Positions 39,686 to 51,571 of a stretch of DNA of 61,598 bases are shown here, one piece after another. The stretch is taken from contig JYFJ02002181.1 of the NCBI GenBank assembly GCA_000934665.2, forward strand, positions 1 through 61,598. Reading direction: 5' to 3'. This stretch comes from Catajapyx aquilonaris. Taxonomy: Eukaryota. Under the pieces are notes generated by a model, which had not been told where the DNA came from, did no database searches, and saw nothing but the letters and a program-made list of their open reading frames with translations. The translations under genes were made by a program, and so were the position numbers. Each line of letters opens with the position of its first letter. Positions within the stretch are counted from its first letter, which is position 1.

Positions 39686-39930
39686 GACTTGGAAGATGAC
39701 TTGGGAGGTGACTTGGGAGGTGACTTGGGAGGTGACTTGGGAGGAGACGTGGGAGGAGACGTGGGAGGCGACTTGGATGGCGACTTGGGAGGCGACTTGG
39801 GAGGCGACTTGGGAGGCGACTTGGGAGGCGACTTGGGAGGCGACTTGGGAGGCGACTTGGGAGGCGACTTGGGAGGCGACTTGGGAGGCGACTTGGGAGG
39901 CGACTTGGGAGGCGACTTGGGAGGCGACTT
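39686..39930. repeat. 12-bp minisatellite (GACTTGGGAGGC)n, about 20 units
   Basis: Exact 12-bp period. Variant units cluster at the left end and homogeneous units at the right end. Confidence 0.97.
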
Positions 39931-41563
39931 CCTGTGGATTTGTATGGAGAGTCACGTGATTGGGGTTCATTTCTGTTGAAAAAGTTTCGGAAATGTGTAT
40001 TCTGGTGGTATGTAACCATCAGCAATCTAGGAAGGTGAGGATTTTAAGAAACACCATCCTGTACTCTATCACACTGGATAATAAAACAATTGCTTTAAAC
40101 GAGAGTGTACAGTTTGAATCCCTTATACAGGGTATTTGCATATGTATATAGAAGAGTCCATCGGGCAGTATAGTAGTCGCTTTGACCGAGCAAGAGGTAG
40201 ATTGACTTCAAAGCGAGCGAATGGTCGATTTGTTCCGATTGTTTGAAACAGGTTTCAGTCGATATTCAATATGTTGCGTAAAGCGGGGGTAATTGTTGCA
40301 GAAACCAAAGCCAGAGTTTGCACTTGCGTCCATTTGCGACTGCGGTGACCGAATCACAGCTTCCGACTGACGGTTCGACTGACATACCGGCGACCCGATC
40401 CGTCCATCACTGCCATATCCCGGCACCACTGCCGAAGCCCCCAGCGCCCACCTTGTTACCAGGACATTCCAATTTGCACGCCCACCTACAGTTGGAAATT
40501 GGGAAGAAAAATCGAAACATTATTTTCACGCATGTATTGCTAATTATTAAGGGGTAGGCACGAGGCAGTGCAGTCTTCCAAGTAAGGTGTGCGCTATATG
40601 GTGGCGTGTAATCCTGTTGAAAACAAGCGCTGCTTAATCTGGCGGCAAGTTTCTTGGCTTGTGTCCTCAACACTCGCCCTAGCTCTGGCGCCTCCAAAAT
40701 GAATAGGCTTGTTACAACTGTTTTAATTGGCTGGCGTAATCCCGAGCTGTATTCCCATGCGACGCCGCGCCATCAAGTCCCCTTGTCTAAAATTCATGGG
40801 ATTAAACGAGGAATTAAATTTTTTTCACTTCGTTGTAGATTTATTAAGCTTAATCTTCCGCCTGATTAACACTTGGCTGGAATGTAGTTGGACTCCAAGT
40901 AATCATCCCTTGCATTCGCCTAATAAAAATGTTTAGCTAATGCGAAATTAGGGTCTTAAACTTCAATTAATGCGCAGGTAAGAGTGGAGGGGATGAGCTT
41001 CATTAGCAAGGGGCTCAGTCCGGGAAGGATCCGGGGGAGGAGGGGGACGGTATAATAATTTCCCCGGGAAGCCAGGGCTGGGCTGGTGGGGGCGGGAGAA
41101 CCCCCGCAGGGGCTGTTCGCCCCAGCATCTTGCCCCGAGTCCAAAGCGAGAGGGAGAGAAAGGGCCCGTCTAGGGAGACTCCTAAACAACACTTTGCGCC
41201 AACTGCCCCATTACATTGCCTTGCCTTTGGACTTTCCAATTGCCACTTCTACTACCCCACCCCCTCCCCTCCACTTCCCACGCTTCCAAACTTCTTTTTT
41301 TTTATTTTCTCTCACCCCTCACGGTATATCTCAACAGCCCCCAATTTTCCTTTCCTCGTTCCTCCAGATGGTATGTCACATGCGCGTTTCTTTATCACTA
41401 AACAAAAAAACATGTGCCCACTTACAAGGAGATTCAGCAGAATAGGGTTTGTGCCAATAACTATTGAAATATTGATTGGCAATATTAGAGCAGGTTCCTT
41501 CATTTTGTATTCAAAAAGGTTTAAAACTACATGCAATACTGCAAAAATGGTAACAATGGATCG

Positions 41564-41629
41564 AATCTTCGTCCCACTGCTAGTACTTAGCAGTACCACT
41601 TAGCAGTAACTAGCACTGGGATGAAAATT
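41564..41629. repeat. Small inverted-repeat element with internal ACTTAGCAGTA repeats
   Basis: Inverted ends TTCGTCCCACTGCTAGT / ACTAGCACTGGGATGAA. Related to 9121-9229. Confidence 0.5.
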
Positions 41630-42260
41630 GTACCAAATATTTTTAAAATGTTGCATTATAAACCTGGATTTTCTAAAGATGTTGACTTTATGTACATAGT
41701 GCAATTTTCCCATAACAGGCATTACTGGCAGGGAGGGGGGGGGGGGGCAAACAAAACAAAGAAAAATCTATAAACCCGTTTGCCATACTTGAGCCGAGTG
41801 TGCGTGCCCTTTATATGGGAACGAAAATCATAGCATAAAAGCTGGTGGGGCCAAGTCCCACAAGAACATTTAGAAAAGCCAACTAACTAGTTCCATGTTC
41901 GAGCAGTTGAGTTGAAGCAATTTTCTGCATCGCCCCCGCCGTTAATTCCCCCGAAAGTATTATCCGGATGAAATGTTTGAAATTACACAGATGTAGATTC
42001 GGACACCTTTTCCCTTCAAGCACCATTGATTTCGCTCCAGTGCCTGCTGCCTGCATTCAGCTATTCGTTTTTAGATAATGCAGTCAGCAGTAAAAATACC
42101 GTCAATTGAGGTGAGATTGTGCCCGCTCATTTTTTGGACAACAGTGATCCCTAAAGCGAATTTTAGTTGACCATCCCTCAATGCATCTTTGAAACATATA
42201 CAGTTAATTGGACAGCATATTGGACAGTTAATGCAAGTATATTCCGTTTGGTTCCTGTAT

Positions 42261-42350
42261 GATGGTCTGCCACCCCCCTATAACGGCCAAGTAGTTGTAT
42301 CACGGGGTAAATAAAATTAAAAATAAAAACATTTAAAAATAAAAATAAAA
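42261..42350 (+). mobile_element. Isolated retroposon 3' tail (heavily 5'-truncated SINE or LINE)
   Basis: GATGGTCTGCCACCCCCC...GTATCACGGGGTAAATAAAATTAAAAATAAAA, with the same terminal motif and A-rich tail as SINE copy C. Confidence 0.6.
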
Positions 42351-42763
42351 TCATTTGGTTAGAAGTGCACTTGTAGTCCAGACTGTATAATACACATAAA
42401 TCGAAATTTAAGAGTGACTATTACTCTACATTTTTAGCCAAATTTTAGTGTGCTTCCGATGTGCACTCTATTGACGCTGGAATGAATATATAGTTCTCCC
42501 AGTTTTTTACACTACATTTAATTGCCTGTGTGTCACAAAAATGAGTTAATTTGACTACGGCTTCCATTATTATAGCCGGTATCACATAATGTCAGAGAGA
42601 CTATGAATACTCCATGAAGCTGCCTGGGACAAACTGTTAATGCCCGTCATAATGGAAATAAAATTAAGCATTACGAATGCTTGCAAAACAGCCCGCGCTC
42701 CAATATTTCGTGGGAAACGCAATTGACATGTGACATTACGTGCGGATTTTGCTCATTTTTTGT

Positions 42764-42766
<3 letters not shown>

Positions 42767-42818
<52 letters not shown>
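42767..42818. repeat. (CT)n microsatellite
   Basis: Read directly from the sequence. Confidence 0.98.
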
Positions 42819-42821
<3 letters not shown>

Positions 42822-44193
42822 GCGCACAAAATTTCCTCGTCCTCCCTCTTGGTTTCTATTTTCGTGGAACATGTGAGGAACAAGTAGACCTAGGGGCACC
42901 CCATTTGAATAATTTATAATGAGGCCACCTGCTGACGTTGGTGGCAACAAAAGAATGAAAATTTAACGCTCTCCTTGGTGACTACCGAGATGAATCCTAC
43001 CTAGCATCTCCCCTCTACCTCCCCCATTTTCCACCGCCCTCCCCGCCTCTCCCTACCCCTTAGGCTGATATATGAGTCATGAAAAAAAAACAGTCGTTAA
43101 TTGATACCATGATATTGGTAGAGCCGAACGTCCGAAATAGGTAAACAAATTAGGCAATGAGCCTCCACGTAAAAAAGTAATAGGTCCTATTCTAGCTTCT
43201 AATTTGAGTGATGGCGTTAATTTTGGGTTGCTGGTCTGGAAAATTTACAGGGCTGTAACCAGCGTTTATGTAAAACACATTTGCTGTTAAATATCAGATC
43301 AATTATCGGGCGATAGGAATGCGCTCGTGAAAGCCTGCTTATCTCCCTATCAATTAAAATGACAGATTGGAATGAAAATTTTACAACTTCCCCCCCATCC
43401 CCCCACTGGTCCTCCCCGCCCCCCCCCGCCTCTCCCCTGCTGCACGCCAATGGTTTGTTTATTTGAGCCAGCTAACACAATTAGGCTGGCAGTTTCCGGA
43501 ATCCGGAGCGTTACGGGCTGACGTCCGCCACCAAAGGATAATAGGCCTATTGAAATCCCCTGATTCACGGGGACTAAATCCCGATGCTAATGTGGCCTAA
43601 GTCGCGACGGGGCATAGGGGAGGGGGGTAGAGAGAGGGGGGGGGGGGCAAACTCCCTATCCTCTCCCCTCACTCTAACCTTTCTCTCCCGGACTTGATTT
43701 GCATACTACGTGGCTTCGGACACCATTGGCACTCGCAACCCTCACTCAACCCGGGTTTTGCGGGGCCTCTCCAGATTTCACGGGATTACTACGTTGACTC
43801 TGGATCCCCTCTAGGATTTTTTTTTGTCGTACCAATGTTCAACATTTCAGGAACTTTTTTGTACGGTACGTATCTTGCTAATGCGTAGGAGAGGGAGCTA
43901 ATTAAAATGAACTACAAATTAACCTCAAAAGCGTTTAGTTAAATACCAGTCTACTTCACATTAGTTCACGTAAGTTGTAAAAAAAAATTATTGGGAAGGA
44001 CTTTCGTAATGGAAGACCGAATGTGGTAGGGGCACACTGCACTAACCTAGCCCATAACCTAACCTTCCTTCCTGGAGGATACACGCCTATCCTCCAGCGG
44101 ATCTACGCCTAGGAGAGTATCGGTAAAGTGCGGGCTCTCCCGAGACGAAAGCGTAGCCAAAAATTGTTTATACTGTCTTATATTCGGGGAGTG

Positions 44194-44607
44194 ACCGAAG
44201 AAGTTTGGTGGAGTGGATAAGGTGTTCGACTGCTAATCGGGAGGTCCTGGGTTCGAGTCTCTAACCGTAGTTTTCTGTGGTTTCCCACGGTCCCCCCAGG
44301 AGAATTCCGGGATTGCTTCCTAAATAATAGGCCACAGCCGCTTCCTTCCTTTCCTATCCTTGGGCGCGGTGTCGGTGGGGATTTTCTGACCCGCACCTAG
44401 GGGGGTTGTCTTGCAACCTGACCCCTGGGGGACTGCACACGACCCCCAACCTGAGACATTGCACCTGCACCACCCCCCTCTCATTATCCCTATCCTGTCC
44501 CCTTGCACTGGAGAAGAGAAAGAAAAATAAAATAAAATAGATGGTGGTGTACCATCCCCCAACATGGCCCATGTAGGCCTATCACGGGGTAAAACATTTA
44601 AAAAATA
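44194..44607 (+). mobile_element. tRNA-derived SINE, family 1, copy C (long variant)
   Basis: Same head and central domain as copies A and B, with an extra internal segment. Ends CCTATCACGGGGTAAAACATTTAAAAAA. 15-bp TSD TATATTCGGGGAGTG at 44179-44193 and 44608-44622. Confidence 0.9.
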
Positions 44608-46346
44608 TATATTCGGGGAGTGGAACAATCGCAGCAAAATTCAGAATATTTGTAATTAGTAAAATGTTGAGTTGCAGGTGCGCTCATTACTTTTAAGAAA
44701 TGGACATGGGACTAATCAAGAAGAAGAGGTGGGAATTAGGCTTACTAAGTACAAGGTTTATTACAAAGCCTGGTTGCTACCTCGACTGATTTAGGAAATG
44801 TCGCCTACGTAATATATCCTAGGCACGCTTTTTGGGAGCAATATTATAGGAAAAAGCATTCCTTACCAAGTAGTCACGAATTGGTTGACTCTCAGTTATG
44901 CCAGTAGTGTGTGTGCCGGGAAGTCAAACCTACTTGAGATAATTATTGCGGCGCTCATTTGTACACGCCATGTGTGCCAACACTTCAGATTATTGTGTTT
45001 GCACACTGGGGCATGGTGTAAGGGAATTACACCTGAGTATATTGGCACCATGCACACCATCAAGTCTACGTTAATCCAAAAAGGACATTTGACGAACATT
45101 ATGAATGACTGTGACCTGACCCTAGCATAGTCTGAAAACTTGAGATATACAACACAAGAGGCCATCTCCTCCTTCAACCCCCACCCCCCTACCCTGGGCC
45201 TCCTCCGAGTCCTATAGACGTATATCAAGCGATGCTTCCTGACCAAGCAAAGGGCCTATTCCAAAGCTGAAAGGCCTTTCATTATGGAGGTTATAATCTC
45301 TGAGCTTCCAACTTCTAAAATATTCATGCCTATCATCAACTGTTTCCGAGTTCAGATATTACCAGGTTCCCAATGGCTTTACTCGGCTGGGGAGAGGGGG
45401 GGTGGTAGGGAAAGAGGGAGGGAAGCTCGCAGAGTGATCTTGGGGTCCTTTACTATGGGAAAGGTGGAGGGGGAGGGAGGGAAGGGGCTGTGTTTTACTT
45501 GAGCAGGACTTTCCTTGTACCAAAGAGCAACTTTCCCCTTTTCCCAAAACCCGCACCAGTGTGTGATTACTAAGTGAGCAATCGTTTAAAGTGCCATCTC
45601 TTCTAGGTAGGGGGGGGGGGGAGAAGGTGGAAGGTATCAGGGAGGGGTGGGAGGGTGGAACTACTATCACTAGCCTATTATTTATTCAGTAGCTTCCACT
45701 GGATCGTAGCTTTCGGCTTTTATACGTGAAATTATCCCCGACATATGTCACTGCGTTGCCACGCTTTTTGCACCGTATCAAAGCGCCCTGCTCGCCAAAC
45801 TCGATTCGGGGATGGGGCAGGGGGCTGGGGATGGGGCAAAAGGGGGGCAATATGGTACAGGGGGGGCGGGAAAAAGAGAAAAGCAAGCCCTGAGGGGAGT
45901 TTGGAAAAGTGGGCTCCCGGAGGGGGTGACTTGAAAAGGGGGAGGATGACACATACAGTGAATACACAAATGGAACTGTATACCCCCCCCTACCGACAGT
46001 ACTGTCTGTTGTTCACACCCACAGCATGGACCAAATCCCCCCCCAAAATCAGTTCAGGATAAAAGGTGTTTTCTAATTATCTAGGTGGTCAATTGATATT
46101 CAGATTAGCAGTCCCAAGGAGAAACACCTTATCTTCAAAACTAGTAAGGGTGAAAGTCGCATGCATACCCTGTACTGACTCAGGGGGGATTAGTGCATGG
46201 CATACACGCGACATTCAGCCTTACTAGTTTTGGAGATACGGTAGGGNCCCCCCCCCCCCCCGAGTGTAAGTAGGTGTTGGGAAAAAAACCTTCGTTTTTA
46301 TTTAATTCGATTAATTTTTTGATTAATAAAAATAACCGCGGCCACA

Positions 46347-46390
46347 CGCGACCCCCTTGGGGGTCGCGACACACATGTTGGAAACCACTG
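46347..46390. mobile_element. hAT (Charlie-like) MITE terminus
   Basis: Hairpin CGCGACCCCC-TT-GGGGGTCGCG followed by ACACACATGTTGGAAACCACTG, the same organisation as 6705-6749. Confidence 0.6.
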
Positions 46391-49300
46391 CGCTAAGGCA
46401 TAAGTTAATTAAGTTTGGATACCCTACCCTGCATATATGACAATTTGCAGGCACGTCATCCAATGGTTGTCGTGTCGAACTGGTGCAGGCTTTCTTAGGT
46501 CCAGCCCTGCGTGCAAAAGTCCGAGGGCAGTCATGTATCGGATCTGAGTATCAATCGGTTTAGGTCCATTTGTTGCGACGGGGCGGCCTAATCGGATTGG
46601 ATGGAGAGCAAACCCTGCTCATCCCTGGATTCTCCAGACACTACCATACATGGGGAGAGCTCCCCTTCCAGCAGAAATGTACCACAAAATCTTCCAACCT
46701 TGATGCTAGTTATTGCAAGCAGTATAACTCTTTGGTTTCACATGTCCTAATATAGATATTGATCACTACCTAGGGGTCGCAAATAACTAGGTCAATTCGA
46801 GGGAACATTTTCTTCGATAATTATGCTTCCAGCTTTTTGGTATAACTGACGTATCTTATCTCCACCAACACTGACTTTCAGATCTGGAAAAATGGGGGGT
46901 TGGAGAGGGGGAAAAAATAGGGCTGATCTATTATTGATGGGCACGTCCATCGTTCTGAACAGTGATTGCTGCCAAATTACCTTTTCGATGGATTTCTCCG
47001 GATTGTCCCGGATAAGAGTGAGGATTGGACATTTTTTTTTCGTGTCGTTTATATTCGCACGCGTTACGCTCAATTAATCACTTATATCTCTCCCCCCCCC
47101 TCCCCCCTCGCATTTCCACCCCCTTGTTGTTGTTGTTTTTGACATGGAAGTGAAATTTATGGCTCCCTAGATGAATAATAGAATCCGGAGCCACTTTCAA
47201 CCGCAACCTGATATCTTATCGCTTTGCTTCTCAGACCGACTATGGCTATTACTCAGCATATATTGGCATAAACATCTCTCTCCAAGAAATGAAAGGGGGC
47301 AAAAAAATATGGCGTATTTGCAACTGTACAGTACTTACAAGGGGTGGGGTTGGAAATATGAATTCTAAATGTCCTTGAGACACGAAAGGGTGCGGAGTTA
47401 TTGCTCGTTCCATGGATTCTTCTTATGCTGAGGGTTGTTTTTGCGTCCAGAATGCGTAATAAGGTGGAATAAAAAAAAAAGAAAAATTTCCAGGAGCTTC
47501 CCCTGTCGCAGGTGTGCCTCTATCTGATATGCTTGTTCGAAGTAGGGGGGAGAGGGGCGGGTTTGAGGGGAGAGGGAGTAGCGGAGAAGGGGTGGCTTTA
47601 TGTGGCAGCTAGTAGCCATTTCTTGCCATCGTAATCACTAACTGCAAAAACTTACCTGGATTTGTATGGCCCCGAGGAGATCGATCCTGTCTGTTGAATA
47701 CTGCCCACGCTATACATGATACTCGTTGCCAAAAATGGCCGAATAGAAAATAAAGAGTACAAATTTTAGAGTCTAACTTATGCTACAATTTCATATTAGT
47801 AAATTTAAAATGGGGTTTTCACCTGTTGGCATTTTGGGTTTTTTAAATATGATATTGGGACTAGTAGCAATAACACTGCATACATTACATTTAGTGCAAG
47901 ATGCACGCTAACAGTAACGATTCTGGTTCAGGAATAATCCAGTACATGGTGGCAATTGCAGCAATTACAAATTCTGCAGCAGTTTCTCCGTGCACATCGA
48001 TCTAGTTAAATATAAAATAACATTGCGGGTGACTCACTGGAGCTGCGGATAAATATCACCACATTTTTATCATTCCGTGTTGTTGAGTAGTGTGCAGGGT
48101 ACAGCATAATGATCAAGTCATATAAACATGTCTATCTGGACGCATCGTAGTATTACATAATAAATATTATTAATAAGCGGAGGTAATATACAGGGTGATG
48201 CACTGCCCGTGTCCACAGTCCAATAATAGCGATGGAAAAGATACGAATTGTTCACTCCATTGAGAAATTCACCACTAGCTAATAATGGAAAGCAATTAAT
48301 TTAATGCAAATTACTAAATACCACAATATCTATGCGGAAGATTTTCGGTGCCGGGGACATAATTCTGCATATTTATTCTGCACATTTGAACAAATATGTC
48401 ATCCTTCAACAGTACAGCACGTTTACATAGCAGAGTTATTTTCATATTTTTATGGTTTAGGCCTACACTCATGTATGCAAATAATAACAATGAAAATCAA
48501 GACCGTGCATGTGTTGACAACTGAGCCTCCCTGGAAGCCATCTTTTCCCACTTGCAAAATGCATCGACCCCTCGCATTTTACGATCTCCTGATGAACCGC
48601 CGAAAATTGGGCAAATGACGACACCCCACCTGCAAAGCAAGTGCATTGTATATAGCATAGACCTACTCAGGTTTCGTGCTTAACGGCCGGCAAATTGATC
48701 CTGAGATGACTATCGGCGCCTATTGTTCCCGCCTCATCAACTATGCGCCTTTCGCAGGCACAAGACGCCCTTTTCCTTCAGCAGACACATATATACAAGA
48801 ACCAATAATACGTACACAGCAGTGCCTCGATGACAATGGACACTAATATTTGATGCCTTCGTAGAAGTCCGTGCGTCTAATGTGCTGCTAGACAATAGGC
48901 GTACGTGCGTACACAATAGGATACAAGTTGAATAGATCCGCCTAATTATTTACCTGGGCCAAAGATTCTGGGTTACAAGGATGGCTATCTGCGGCTAGTT
49001 ATGGCACACCCTACTTTCAGGCGCGTATGCACGGCCCCGAAGTAATAAAAATGAATAATAAGCAAATAGAATCTGAGGCCCGGTTTTGAATGTTTGATAC
49101 CAGGGGTTTTAACGCCTCTTTTCCGTCAAATCAGAATCGGGCAAATCTATTGGCCAGAGCCACGAATAATTCACAGGGAAGATCCATCCGTCGGCGGAGG
49201 GGAAATTCAGCCACACTGCCCACACACGAATATTGCAGGCATCGCCAGTATACGACTATTGCTGGTCACAGCCAGACGAATTTAGTGATAGACTCATATC

Positions 49301-50266
49301 CTAGCATATTTGTTGATTAATCCATTAGATCGGATAGTGTTGCAATGGACATCAGTGTTAGATGCATTTATCATGTAAACAATTGTCAAAATCAAGGGTT
49401 TTAGGTGACCTTGACCCTTCGGCCTGGAAATCTGTTCATTCTTTTTGGGCGTATTTTTTTGAGAATCTGGAATCGACCGTGACTTTTTTATGTAACAAGT
49501 CGCCGTTCGTGGATACCTCCTCACTTTTTTTTTTTCGGGACGAAAACAAAGCCAACTCATCCAGGCTGTCCAGCTCCGGATTTTTTATGCATGAGATTCG
49601 GTCGGACTCCAGAAAAGGTGCACACACACACTCACACACACCCAGTGACACACACATGGATAGTACAGTCATGATGTATTAGTTGTACTCACGGAATCGT
49701 AAAAAAAAATGTACATAATTGATCAGTCTACTATACGTAGAATATTATTAACGCAGAGTAGAAATCGTATGACCTTCTGGCCGGAGTAAAGGTCAACTGT
49801 TTTTCTCTATTCATATCTATGGCTGAATTAACTGGCTCCTTGGATTTGATGGCTATTTTTTGGAGAGGCTGATGACAACTTGTAGCTATGTCTGAAGGAA
49901 CTCAATCAAACCTATTATACCTGTCAAAAACATGTACTAAAGCTAACAGACAGAACATAAATATACACTATCATGCGGGTGGGTCAGTTGCAAATCCACA
50001 TTTCAAATAAAAGTGCGAGTTAGCGATGGCAATAGATGTACTATAATATACCCCAGCAACAAATTAAGAGAAAAAAAACTATTGGAATCAACAATCAGAA
50101 CCAAATAATTCTCTTGCCGTAATGTGGTCCTTTGTAAACTGGTTGCTGGAGTCAACATTCCATAATTAATTGCAATTGCTAAATGGACTTCACCAGGAGA
50201 TACAGCAGAAAAATGCTACTTAGTGCCGTTAGTGGTATTGTAACTTAAAACCGCCCAAAGGGACGT

Positions 50267-50331
50267 TGTAATGTATGTACTGTACACGTATGTAATATAA
50301 TATTACATACGTGTACAGTACATACATTACA
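50267..50331. repeat. Perfect 31-bp inverted repeat with 3-nt spacer
   Basis: TGTAATGTATGTACTGTACACGTATGTAATA-TAA-TATTACATACGTGTACAGTACATACATTACA. Confidence 0.92.
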
Positions 50332-51456
50332 TATACGTACATGATGGTTGTTATTTTTCAGTGTATTAAAATTTTGTTATGCTTATGCATCTGCGTGTTA
50401 CATTTCTGCCTACAGCTGCCTGAGGATGATACTTCTTGAATCATGCCCACTTGGTCATCTGTGGCAACTCTCGCGGCATGCGGCAATTGGAAATTGGTGC
50501 ATTTGAACGATTTATTCGGTCGTGGGAAATGCAAGCAATCCAACGAAGCCGTAATGTACGCGTACCGGTACTAACAATGTACCAATAATTCGCATTAATT
50601 AAATTATTTCAAAGAACCGGAGGGGGTGGCATAGACGACGAATTATGCGCATTCAATTTTCCTCGATGTAAATAACAATTTAGTCTGTAAATATGTACTT
50701 GTTGCTTCTGTATAATAATGCATTGCACATCTACTGAGCATCTAAAATTTCTGGAATATACATAACAGTTAAAAATCAATATACGTAATAACAGCAGGTT
50801 GGTAAGATTCAGGCTGGAAAATCCGTAGCCCGCGTTTGATGATTGGAAGGGAATTTTATTCCTTCTGGTACGGGAGGGGGTGTTCGATGGAGCAAAAGGC
50901 CCACCATTTTTCTCGCACCCTACACACCCTCTCCTCCTCTCCCCTCCTCCCTGCCCCTTCTTTAGTGCGACGGCGGAACCATAAAGAGACGGGCGTGGCG
51001 AGGAAAGGCGATATTGGCCTACCGCTATATGCCATACAACGGGGGCAGATATTGCTTCTGCTTATTGCACACTATATAGAGGTAGGAGGGATGGGGTCTT
51101 TCCGGAGGGGATGGGAGGGGGGAGGGGGGGGGGGAGAATCTTCTTGATCGAAGTAGGCCGGATTGCATTTTCCATATTTTCAAGGGACCACTAGAAGAAT
51201 GGGGAGTTTGCCTTCGAAGACGGTGGTCTGAATCAAAGTCAGCCCCTACTGCGCCTATAGGTCTACATATTTAGTTTGTTATNGGGGAACGAGCCGTTTA
51301 TTTGAGGAGGAGAAGAAATGTAGTAATTGCAATCGCCTGGAAATGGAACGAAGCATAAGTCTGCACCAACCTGTACAGCGTGTATGAACAAGTATTACTG
51401 TTACCACCACCCGTTGTAACGTTTCGTGTCGCAAGAAATCTTCTACATACCCTTAA

Positions 51457-51571
51457 ACAAGAGAATGGTCTGACGTCACATTCAGCCCTCCTCCACTCGG
51501 CTCTTTCCCGAATCACTCCGCTGCGCATGCTCAGAAAACACGGCTGCTGTGACGTCAGACCATTCTCGCGT
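51457..51571. mobile_element. TTAA-flanked short MITE with TGACGTCA in both TIRs (Kolobok- or piggyBac-type target site)
   Basis: TTAA|ACAAGAGAATGGTCTGACGTCACA ... TGTGACGTCAGACCATTCTCGCGT|TTAA, a 22/24 inverted match. Confidence 0.65.

Noticed and set aside
39407..40025. ORFs of 96-187 aa on both strands
   Set aside because: They are open only because of the 12-bp tandem repeat, with no splice or homology support.
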